DNA of 62,639 nucleotides, the filler included, from Asterionella formosa (taxonomy: Eukaryota), in assembly GCA_002256025.1 (NCBI GenBank). It is 11 parts of 11 records of this genome, joined end to end, with 100 filler letters (N's around TTAATTAATTAA, not from the genome) between each part and the next. Parts side by side here need not be neighbours in the genome. Positions count along the whole stretch, not along the records: positions 34,242 to 39,844 come from NKIB01012993.1; positions 39,945 to 45,544 come from NKIB01012994.1; positions 45,645 to 51,243 come from NKIB01012995.1; 8 more parts are not named here. One strand, written 5' to 3'. Positions within the stretch are counted from its first letter, which is position 1, and every line of letters begins with the position of its first letter. The translations under genes and the position numbers were made by a program. The notes below the pieces were generated by a model, which worked only from the letters and a program-made list of their open reading frames with translations, searched no databases and was not told the origin of the DNA. Below, in pieces: positions 36,560 to 46,374 of this stretch.

Positions 36560-38563
36560 ATGAATATTAGAAACACAATCATTGATGTGGCATTGGCCCT
36601 ACTCTTGGCTCAAGCTACTGCAAAACAAAAGTTGGTAAGTTCAATATTATACTTTATTTCTTTTTACTGTCAGTTTGCCAAAACAAGAATTAACATTCTT
36701 TGTGGTTTTCTTGTCTAGCCCATGATCAAGCCAACCGTCAAGCCAACTAGGTTTCCTACCTTCCGGCCCACAAGCAAACCAACCACCAAGCCAACCAAGT
36801 TTCCTACTGTCAAGCCAACGAAAGAGCCAACAAGGGTTCCTACCATCAAGGCAACAACAAAGCCAACTAGTTTTCCTACCATAAAGCCTGAGAGCAAGCC
36901 AACTAGGTCACCTACCATCCAGCCCACAAACTCCAGCTCGCTTCAAAGTTTGTTTTTGTTTTTTTCTGGACATTCAATGGACAATGGAACAGCACTTTTA
37001 ACTCCTGGCTCCTCACAGCAAAAAGCATTGGCATGGGTGCAGACTTCAACAAGACTATATAATAGTACCAGAGACTATATTTTGTTGCAATACTATGCCT
37101 TGGCTGTGATATATTATTCAGCTGATTCTGATACTCAATCTGATTTGCGAAATTGGTTGACAATTGGATATCAATTTTGTGACTGGTTGTCTGTTGGCTG
37201 CAATAACAAAAGGACAGCTATCACCTCAATTCTGCTAGATACTGTTCCTTTTTATTTTGATGGATCCATTCCGCCGGAGATTGGATTGCTGACAAGTCTC
37301 ACTGGTCTAGGCTTGTCTGACAATACTTTTAAAGGGACACTTCCCACAGAGATTGGACTCTTGACAAGTCTCACTTATCTTTTGTTGAACTCCAATGATT
37401 TTACTGGCACACTTCCCACAGAGATTGGACTCTTGACAAGTCTCACTGATCTATATTTGTACAACAATCATTTCAATGGTACACTTCCCACAGAGATTGG
37501 ACTCTTGGACAGTCTCAAGGAAATAAATTTGTACGGAATGGGTTTCATAGGCACACTTCCCACAGAGATTGGACTCTTGAAAAGTCCCACTTCTCTTTTG
37601 TTGGACTTCAACTCTTTCACAGGTACACTTCCCACAGAGATTGGACTCTTGACAAGTCTAACATATCTATCTTTGAATAGCAATACTTTCAAAGGCACAC
37701 TTCCCACAGAAATTGGATACTTCACAAGTCTCACGCGTCTGTTCTTAGGCCCTAATATCTTCACTGGCACACTTCCCACAGAGATTGGACTCTTGACAAG
37801 TCTCGATACTCTATATTTGTCTTACAATACTTTCACTGGCACACTTCCCACAGAGATTGGACTCTTGACAAGTCTCACTGAACTACATTTGGACAACAAT
37901 CATTTCAATGGTACAATTCCCACAGAGATTGGACTCTTGGCAGGTCTTTTTATTCTAAATTTGGACAGCAATGGTTTCAATGGTACACTTCCCACACAGA
38001 TTGGACTCTTGACGAGTCTTGAATATCTATCATTGATTTCCAATACTTTCAGAGGCAAGGTTCCCACAGAAATTGGACTCTTGAAAAGGCTTAATTATCT
38101 TTTACTCACTTATCTTGGTTTTGACTCCAATGCTTTCACTGGCACATTTCACACAGAGATCGGAAGTTTGAAAAGTCTTACTATTCTATCTTTGAGCTCC
38201 AATACTTTCAATGGAAAACTTCCCTCAGAGATTGGACTCTTGACAAGTCTGCTTTATTTAGATTGTTCATTTAATTCATTCTCAAATACATTGCCAGCTG
38301 AGATATGGCCTGGACTTGGCTACAGTCTCCAAACACTAAAATTGAGCAACAATTCTTTTGCTGGTAATGTACCTGCAGATTTTGATTTTCCTGGTTCATG
38401 TGGCAATGGTCAAGTAGGCAATGGAAAGTGCTCAAATCCCAAAGTTTGTTGCAGCATTTTTGGTTGGTGTGCCATTGGTCATGCCTGGTGTTCAGGTGAT
38501 TTCTCCCTTCGTGGAGGAAGGCTCAACTCTATGGTGGCAGTTAATTCCACCGGAGCAAACTAG
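36560..38563 (+). CDS. Secreted LRR protein: signal-peptide exon (36560-36634), intron 36635-36718, PT-rich stalk, about 15 LRRs, C-terminal hevein/CBM18-like chitin-binding domain
   Basis: MNIRNTIIDVALALLLAQATA signal; GTAAGT...TCTAG phase-0 intron in frame; PTxKPT repeats; CGNGQVGNGKCSNPKVCCSIFGWCAIGHAWC. Confidence 0.88.
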
Positions 38564-38789
38564 AAATCTGTTAGGGATATGGCAAAGGGACAACGCCTCT
38601 ATTTAGGGTTAGGGCAAAGGGACGACTCCTCTAGGCGCCATCCCTATAGAGCATCCAGCCCCATTGGGGCTGGGCATGTATCTGTAGCGCACAGTATGAA
38701 GAATTTATAGATGGAAACTGGTATGAGAATGAATGTGTTAGTATCGGTCTTTTTTGTTGGATATGAAGATGATGTAGAAGTGCACTGTG

Positions 38790-38813
38790 TTAGGGTTAGG
38801 GTTAGGGTTAGGG
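38790..38813 (+). repeat. Interstitial telomeric (TTAGGG)4; also (TTAGGG)2 at 38603-38614
   Basis: Direct sequence. Confidence 0.95.
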
Positions 38814-38871
38814 TATGTGTGAGGGCTACAATGACTATTATCCAAGCGACGATGGGGTGACTACTTAAGTT

Positions 38872-38928
38872 GCCAAAAAGTAATGAGACTAATGTTACTT
38901 TTCGCCTGAAGGGGCTTCATCAGTTGGC
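38872..38928 (-). ncRNA. Type I hammerhead ribozyme
   Basis: Minus strand GCCAA CUGAUGA a GCC ccuuca GGC GAA A AGUAA cauuagucuca UUACU U U UUGGC. All core nucleotides and stems I, II and III are present. Confidence 0.85.
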
Positions 38929-38951
38929 TTGAATCTGTAGTCTTGTTTTAT

Positions 38952-39780
38952 TTAAGTCATGGTGTGTGCGGGGGGTTGGGCAGGTGTGGTTGGCTGTGAA
39001 ATTACACCAGGAGTGGAGGCTGTATTGATAGTAGGAGGGGAAGGTAGCATGGACCTCGTAGAGGTTGATGTATCCCGTGTAGTATCAAGTTGTATCGTAA
39101 GTAAGTGAGTACTTACTGAAGTGGTGTCCGATCTTAATTTCCGTGGTGATGTATAATTCCCAATGTTTTTAGGGCGATTATAAGCGATTATCAACCGTTG
39201 AATGGTACATAGTTTTCCGGAGAAGTTCCGTAGGGTGGTAAGAATTGGTTCTTTACCCGGGGAGAGTATAGTGTCTCTGAAAATTTGTTGAATGTAAGAT
39301 GAGGGGGGATTGTTCGGATGAAATGGCATGTGGAGGAACACGCATTGTTCTGTATGTGTGTCTGTTCTCTGAGTGGCCGTGTTGGTTTTGTTCGATTTGT
39401 TAACATATAGCTGTTTGATGTATGTGTTAAAAATGGGTAAAAGGGTTTTATCCGAATAACCTCGGACTTGTAGGCGTTTGTAAAAAGAATGGATTGCAGT
39501 TTTGAAATGTGTGTCAATTGTTGTTAGATGGTAGATCCGGTGAATCATTCCAGCGATAAGACCGCGAAGGACACCAGGAGGGTGTGCACTATGTTGTGGT
39601 ATATAGAGATAGGGATTCAAGGATTTTTCAAAAAGTGTCGTATCAATAGAACGGGTATGTTTATTGATAGAGATTGTGAGATCCAGGAAAGTTGTAGATA
39701 ACTGTCGTGGTTCTGCATTCCATTTAAGTATGCCAAAGGTATTCATCGAGTTGAGAAACGAGTTGTGTGTTTTGTTATCT
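38952..39780 (-). mobile_element. 5'-truncated endonuclease-deficient Penelope-like retroelement (RT thumb/C-terminus)
   Basis: FLDLTI...LFEKSLNPYLYIPQHSAHPPG...LQVRGY and IAYNRPKNIG motifs; no GIY-YIG domain. Frame is open up to the telomere junction. Confidence 0.85.
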
Positions 39781-39844
39781 GGTTAGGGTTAGGGTTAGGG
39801 TTAGGGTTAGGGTTAGGGTTAGGGTTAGGGTTAGGGTTAGGGTT
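39781..39844 (+). repeat. Terminal telomeric array (TTAGGG)n
   Basis: About 10 perfect repeats running to the contig end. Confidence 0.95.
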
Positions 39845-39944
39845 NNNNNNNNNNNNNNNNNNNNNNNNNNNNNNNNNNNNNNNNNNNNTTAATTAATTAA
39901 NNNNNNNNNNNNNNNNNNNNNNNNNNNNNNNNNNNNNNNNNNNN

Positions 39945-41047
39945 TTCTTGTGGGCTGCTGCATGACCAGTATTCCAAACCATCTTTCTCCACCAATTTAA
40001 GGCCGATTTCTATCCAGCATAGTATTCGATGTACACGAGAGCATTGCCGGCATTTCGAATATCGATATTCTCAGAACGAACATATATTGATTCAATTGGT
40101 CATCAGGATGTGAAATAAATTTTCGTTGTTTGTGGACTGATCATAACCAGTACTGTGGCAACAAAACTTCCATACCTCCTTTCTCCACCAATTTAAAGCC
40201 GACTTTTATCCAACATAGTATTTGATGTACATGAGATCATTGCTGTCATTTTGAACGTCGATATTTTCAGAACGAACATATATTGATCAAAGGAGACGTC
40301 AGGATTTGTAAATTTGCTGTGCTTGTGGACTGATCATCAGCGCTTTAAGGCTGATTTCTATCTAGAAAAGTATTCAATGTACACGAGATCACCGCCGTCA
40401 TTTCGGATATTGATATTCTCAATACGAACCTATATTGATCAAATTGGTCATCATGATTGTGTGTAAAATTTCGGTGCTTGCTGTGGACTGCTGCATGACC
40501 AGTGCGGTTGCAACAAATATTCCAAACCATCTTGCTCTGCCATTTTAAGGCTGAATTCTATCCAGCATAGAATTAGATGTCCACGAAATCAATGTCGTCA
40601 TAGCCAATATCGATATTCCGAGAACAAACATATATTGATCAAAGGAGGCATCAGGATGAGTAAAATGTTCGGTTGCTTGTGGACTGATCATCAGTGCTGT
40701 GAAAACAAAACTTCCAAACCATCTTTCTCCACTAATTTAAGGCCGATTTCTATCCAGCATAGTATTCAATGTACACGAGATCAATGCCGCCATGGCGAAT
40801 GTTGGTTTTCTGAGAACAAACATAAAAGGAGGTATCAGGATGTGTAAATTTTGTAATTTTTCGGTGATGGTGGACTGATATGATCAATGCTGTAGAAACG
40901 AAAATTCAAAACCATCTTTCTCCACCAATTTAAGGCTGATTTCTATCCAGAATAGTATTTAATGTACAAAAGATCAATGCCGTCAAGGCGAATGTCGATA
41001 TACTCATAATGAACATATATTGATAAAAGGAGGCATCAGGATGTGTA
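39945..41047 (+). repeat. Tandem repeat of about 190 bp, about 6 diverged copies
   Basis: Recurrent CCAAACCATCTTTCTCCACCAATTTAAGGCCGATTTCTATCCAGCATAGTATT... near 39974, 40170, 40345 (partial), 40523, 40715 and 40907. Confidence 0.88.
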
Positions 41048-41591
41048 GATGGCGATTGCGGCACTTCTCATTTTTGATTTACTACCATACTAGGATGTGC
41101 TAGTATGCCATGATGAGTACATTAGCAGGGGCGCAGACATGCAATGCTCAACGATGCTCAACGTGTACCAACGGTGCTTTATTTCCAATCTGGCAGGCTA
41201 TTGTAATCTCTACAATCAACAATGACTTAATAATGTATCTACAACATCAACTACTACTACGTGTGCTGAATTCTACTATGTGAATCTTCCTCTTGCATGT
41301 GTTATTCTTTGCCAGTTCAAATCAAAGAAATATGTCGTAGCAGAAAAAATAATAAGTGAATCGGAATTGGCGGCTCTTTCGTTCATTATATGGTGAAAGC
41401 ATCCCAAAACTGCCATCACACAAATTTGGCGGCCTCCTGCCATTGTTATTAAAGGTTTGTGAAGTGACAAAAAAGACGCTCCTTCCCCCATTGTACCAAG
41501 GAACAATCACAGGTGATTCAACACCGCTTCACCATAGGCGCTGCCCACAAAACAGTCGAGCATACGCAGATTCCTGTGGCTACCAGGCAAA

Positions 41592-43885
41592 GTCTGCAAA
41601 TAAAAACTATCATATTTCCATGATGCATCATAGGATTGTGATCATCTGATCATAATTTTTCGTTATATCATCTAATACTTTTGATAAATGCCTTTGTAAT
41701 TTAAATAGTAACCCTTTTGACTACATATATTTAATTATTATATCAATTGTTTCTATTTGATTCCTGTATTCGAATTTCTTGGTAGGATAATGTACCAGTT
41801 CAAGTAATGTAATTTTGCTCGTCATTTCTATCCGTCATCACTCCGATTTTTGCAACAACAACGAAATACTAGCAATGACAAGCGGAATGACTGTTTGCGA
41901 TAACGTCTTCAATTTATTGGTCAAGTGATCTTTATATCTTCGAGTAATCGTCATGTGCAGTGAACCTTTGTTCATAATCATTCAATTAAGAGTTTACAGG
42001 AGAGAAGAAACCATTCGAACTCGTAATGTTTCCGCACACAGCGCACAAAGTATATCCGTTTCGTCCACTTCAGCATGACAATCTCGCCAATCAACCCGTA
42101 AACAAACACATTCTACCGGTACTTGTTCTCGTTGACATTTTCAATTCTCACATGATACTACATCTACTATTGAGATTCAGCATAGAAAGAGATAAGAAAA
42201 TGTGCGTAACAGACTACTGTCCACATAGCTATAGTTATAGAATGATTCTGATTAGAATGTATTTCATTTTCATATCGCTCGCTCGTTTCTGCATTTGGTA
42301 TACTGTACTTGAATTAACTATTGAACTTGTCCGCATCTTTGATACCATCAAGCAAGAGAGCGAAAGCAAGTGGCTCTTTTCATTATTGTTTGCTCGTTGG
42401 AAGAATTTGATATCTGTCTCGTCATTTGCTTGTTGGAATTGTCCGTTGCCTCAAACTTGCTTGGCGTGTGCGTGCACACACTGTCGACTTGTTTACAATG
42501 GTATGTTGTTCTTGTATTCACTGTTGAACATGTCCGCATCTTTGTTACCATCAGTAGAGCGACAAGTGGGTCTTTTCATTGTTGTTTGCTCCTGTAAAAG
42601 TCGGTGTCCGTGTCATCCTCATCAAAAGAGAGACAAGTTCTTTCGTTGGAAAAATTGGTACCGTATCATCATTCTCTCGTTCAAACCACTGTCCGTTGCC
42701 TCAAACCTGATTAGCGTTTGAGTACCAGTACCCGGTATGTGCACTGTCGACTTTAGTACATTACAGGCGGAGTGACTTTGCTACTAAATTGCGTGATATT
42801 ATAATATACCCTGTACCGGTAGCACGATGCAGAATACAGTTGCTTCCCAATCATCTCATCATGATTGATAAGATGATACTGTGATATCATGATAAGGTTA
42901 CATCGATACATACATCACCAAAGTATGATACGTAATATTGAATAAAGTACATCACATAGCTATGATACATTGATCATAAAATTATGATGATTTTATGAAA
43001 TGTATACGATATAATTTTGATCAAAATATGATCATGTAAAAATAGTACAATGACAATAAAATACAATAAAATATGTACGCAAGTGTTACCAAGACATCAT
43101 AGAATATAAATAAAGCAATCATAAAGTATGTTAATTAATATATATGTTTGTCGTTTAATATATACAGTTAAAGTCAACAGTTAATATGATAGTATTATAC
43201 AGTGGATAGGATCTAAGTATACGGATGCGTTGATATGTACATCACTATAATATGATTTGTGATATGGATTGATGCATATCACATACCGGTATCCTCAACA
43301 ACCGGCCATCACATTAATTGTCATGTCGTCTTTCCTTGTCTTAGCTATATATATGCCGGCATGTGTATTGTGTAAACACTACGCTGGCGGAACATTGATA
43401 TTACGCTGTGCTCTGTTCAACAATTACTACACTCGGTTACCATCACACCAGTTCCATCTCCACAAGCACTGCAATAAGCTCCATGAAAAGCTCCGCGTTT
43501 CCCTTCCACTGTTTTACATCATTGTCTTCTGGCCCTTCGACAACTTTCCAAATGGCATTTCATGGATTTCATGGAAAGGATCAGTCAAACAAGAAACGAG
43601 ACTTACTTCCATTGTTTACACTACACGACTTTATGTTTTCGGAAAAGAAGATGAAGAAAGTTATGAAATCAATCGAAGATTCCTTTGAATACACTCAAAG
43701 ATCAAATGAATTTGAACAGATTCATAATACTCCAGAAAAAATAATGAAGTATGCTGATACAATAGTGGCTGAGATTGAAAAGAAGGAAAGATTGCTTTTG
43801 AAGAGGAAACCCAAACAGTTGGTCTTCGTGGATGAAGACTCTATTCATACAGAGTCACAGTTCCACCATCCAGTGTCGTATTTTA
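41592..43885 (+). mobile_element. CGTCTG-TIR element (end B) with protease-gene 5' region, truncated at the junction with an LRR gene
   Basis: GTCTGCAAATAAAAAC terminus; 42300-43885 is the reverse-complement homolog of about 49555-51090. Confidence 0.7.
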
Positions 43886-45544
43886 CTCAATCTCTGTGGG
43901 AACTGTGCCAGTGAAAGCATTATTGCTCAATCCTAGACCAGTAAGACTTGTCAAGAGTCCAATCTCTGTTGGAAGTGTGCCAGTCAAATTATTTTTGCCC
44001 AATCCTAGATCATTGAGACTTGTCAAGAGTCCAATCTCTGTGGGAAGTGTGCCATTGAAAGCATTGATGCTCAATTCTAGACCAGTGAGAGTTGTCAAGA
44101 GTCCAACTTCTGTGGGAAGTGTGCCAGTGAAAGCATTGATGCTCAATTCTAGACCAGTGAGACTTGTCAAGAGTCCAACTTCTGTGGGAAGTGTGCCATT
44201 GAATGCATTGATACTCAATCCCAAACTGGTGAGCTTTCTCAAGAGTCCAATCTCTGTGGGAAGTGAGCCTGTGAAAGCATTGAGGCTCAAATCTAGATGA
44301 GGAAGACTTGTCAAGAGTCCAATCTGTGTGGGAATTTTTCCAGCAAAAGTATTGTTGCCCAATCCTAGATGATTTAGACTTGTCAAGAGTCCAATCTCTG
44401 TGGGAAGTGTGCCAGTGAAAGTATTGATGTACAAATATAGACCAGCAAGCTTTGTCAAGAGTCCAATCTCTGTGGGAAGTGTTCCATTGAATATATTGTC
44501 ATACAAATATAGTGTAGTGAGATTTGTCAAGAGTCCAATCTCTGTGGGAAATGTGCCAGTGAAAGTATTGCTGGACAAACCTAGATCAGTAAGACTTGTC
44601 AAGAGTCCAATCTCTGTGGGAAGTGTTCCATTGAATTTATTGTCATACAAGTATAGTGTAGTGAGACTTGTCAAGAGTCCAATCTCTGTGATAAGTGTAC
44701 CTGTGAATGTATTATCATACAATGGTAGAGAAGTGAGACTTGTCAAGAGTCCAATCTCAGGGGGAAGGGATCCAACAAGTTGAGAAGAAGAAGGGTTCAA
44801 ATCTGTGATATCTGTCTGACTGTTACAAATAATGAAGTTCCATTCACAAAAATTGTATTGAGGAAAAGTTCCATTATTTTGCAACCATGATTTGCTTGAA
44901 ATTGTTTCGCCAGTTGCATAATAAAAAACCGCCAAGGCATAGAATTGCAACACAATATAGTCTGTGGTAATATTAAATACTGACGACTGTTCCACCCATG
45001 TCATTGCCTTTTGCTGTGAGGATCCATTAGTTGAAAGTGCTGTTCCATTATCAAAGGAATGATCAGCCAAGAACCCAAACAAACGTTTAGAAGGGCTTGC
45101 TGATGGATTATTTGATGGTGCCAATGATGAGATACTGGATGGATTTTCTGATGGTGCCAATGATGAAATAATGGATGCATTTTCTGATGGTGCCAATGAT
45201 GGAATACTGGAGGAATTATCTGATGGTGGCAATGATAGAATACTAGAACCTGTTGGTGGTGATGTAGGAAAAGGTGTTGATTCGGGGTTTTTTTGGCTTT
45301 TAATCATGAAAAAAACAATAATGTACACAATTATGCCGATCACCACAGTTGTTGCCAAGACTACTATCATTTGACGTCGACACTGGGATTTTCCTTCTGC
45401 TCTCTGGTCAACAATAAAGGCACTTGCAATTTCAGGATCATCCACAAGAATAGCATTGAGCATTGTTGCTTGTTCCAGCTGGCCATTTTCATCCTGCACC
45501 TCGTTGGTGGTGAGAGTGGTGTTGACATGCAAAAAGGTATCATC
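43883..45544 (-). CDS. Type II membrane LRR protein (12 LRRs), 5'-partial, C-terminal cap replaced by transposon sequence
   Basis: Paralog of 30895-32754 (NEVQDE...VDDPEIA...CRRQ-TM, SSLAPSEN 33-nt repeats, LRRs). Stop codon supplied by transposon DNA. Confidence 0.85.
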   Translation of the reverse strand, partial: DDTFLHVNTTLTTNEVQDENGQLEQATMLNAILVDDPEIASAFIVDQRAEGKSQCRRQMIVVLATTVVIGIIVYIIVFFMIKSQKNPESTPFPTSPPTGSSILSLPPSDNSSSIPSLAPSENASIISSLAPSENPSSISSLAPSNNPSASPSKRLFGFLADHSFDNGTALSTNGSSQQKAMTWVEQSSVFNITTDYIVLQFYALAVFYYATGETISSKSWLQNNGTFPQYNFCEWNFIICNSQTDITDLNPSSSQLVGSLPPEIGLLTSLTSLPLYDNTFTGTLITEIGLLTSLTTLYLYDNKFNGTLPTEIGLLTSLTDLGLSSNTFTGTFPTEIGLLTNLTTLYLYDNIFNGTLPTEIGLLTKLAGLYLYINTFTGTLPTEIGLLTSLNHLGLGNNTFAGKIPTQIGLLTSLPHLDLSLNAFTGSLPTEIGLLRKLTSLGLSINAFNGTLPTEVGLLTSLTGLELSINAFTGTLPTEVGLLTTLTGLELSINAFNGTLPTEIGLLTSLNDLGLGKNNLTGTLPTEIGLLTSLTGLGLSNNAFTGTVPTEIE

Positions 45545-45644
45545 NNNNNNNNNNNNNNNNNNNNNNNNNNNNNNNNNNNNNNNNNNNNTTAATTAATTAA
45601 NNNNNNNNNNNNNNNNNNNNNNNNNNNNNNNNNNNNNNNNNNNN

Positions 45645-46374
45645 CCGACATGAAGAGCCACACAGGAGGAGTGATGTCCTTTGGGACTGGAGGCATCATA
45701 TGTAAGTCAAGTAAGCAAAAGCTCAATACAAAAAGCTCGACGGAGGCAGAACTTGTGGGAGCTAGTGATTATTTCCCTAACATCATATGGGTCAAGATGT
45801 TCCTCATGGCACAAGGACATATGATTGTTGAAAATTTCCTTGAACAGGATAACGAGAGTGCCATCAAGTTTGAGAAGAATGGAAGAATGTCGGCAGGACC
45901 TAAATCTAGGCGTATTGACATACGTTATTTTTGGATTAAGGACCGCATCAAGGACAACAAAATTACCATACGACACTGCCCAACTTTGTGGATGCTAGCG
46001 GATTTTTTTACAAAACCATTGCAAGGAGCCCTTTTTCGAAAATTCCGTTACGTGATCCTAGGGTACAAACACATCTACACCCTGACCATGAACCCACTGC
46101 CATCAGCCAAGGAGCGTGTTGAAAAATGGCGACCTGATGACTGTGGGACAGGAACTCCGGGTACCGATACTGGCACACTAGTTACAAGGAGAGAAGATTC
46201 GACAGTACCACTTACTTGGTCTGAGGTGGTGCGTAGAGGTACACCAACCATACAGAAGTAGATAAGACTTGTTTCAAGATCATTATCTCGAAACAATCCA
46301 GTTAGTAAGAACAAAGTTTGATCCGACTTTCTTCTTACCTTCAACTCAATCAAATATAACCGATTCTTGAAACA
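45645..46374 (+). mobile_element. Ty1/copia RNase H end with PPT and 3' LTR (46117-46374)
   Basis: KSHTGG, KQKLNTKSSTEAELV, QDNESAI, IDIRYFWIKD and ADFFTKPLQG motifs; AAGGAGCG|TGTT...AACA. Confidence 0.9.

Noticed and set aside
37260..38300. CRISPR-like alternation of constant and variable blocks
   Set aside because: These are in-frame 72-nt LRR coding repeats. The variable parts keep the LxLxxN frame, and there are no cas genes.
38952..39746. RT next to a variable-repeat gene as a diversity-generating retroelement, or as telomerase
   Set aside because: Motifs are Penelope-type. No TR/VR pair with adenine-specific changes and no TERT motifs.
43896..44783. Antisense ORFs (VKSPISVGSVP repeats), also at 30863 and 37468
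   Set aside because: Shadow frames of LRR repeats.
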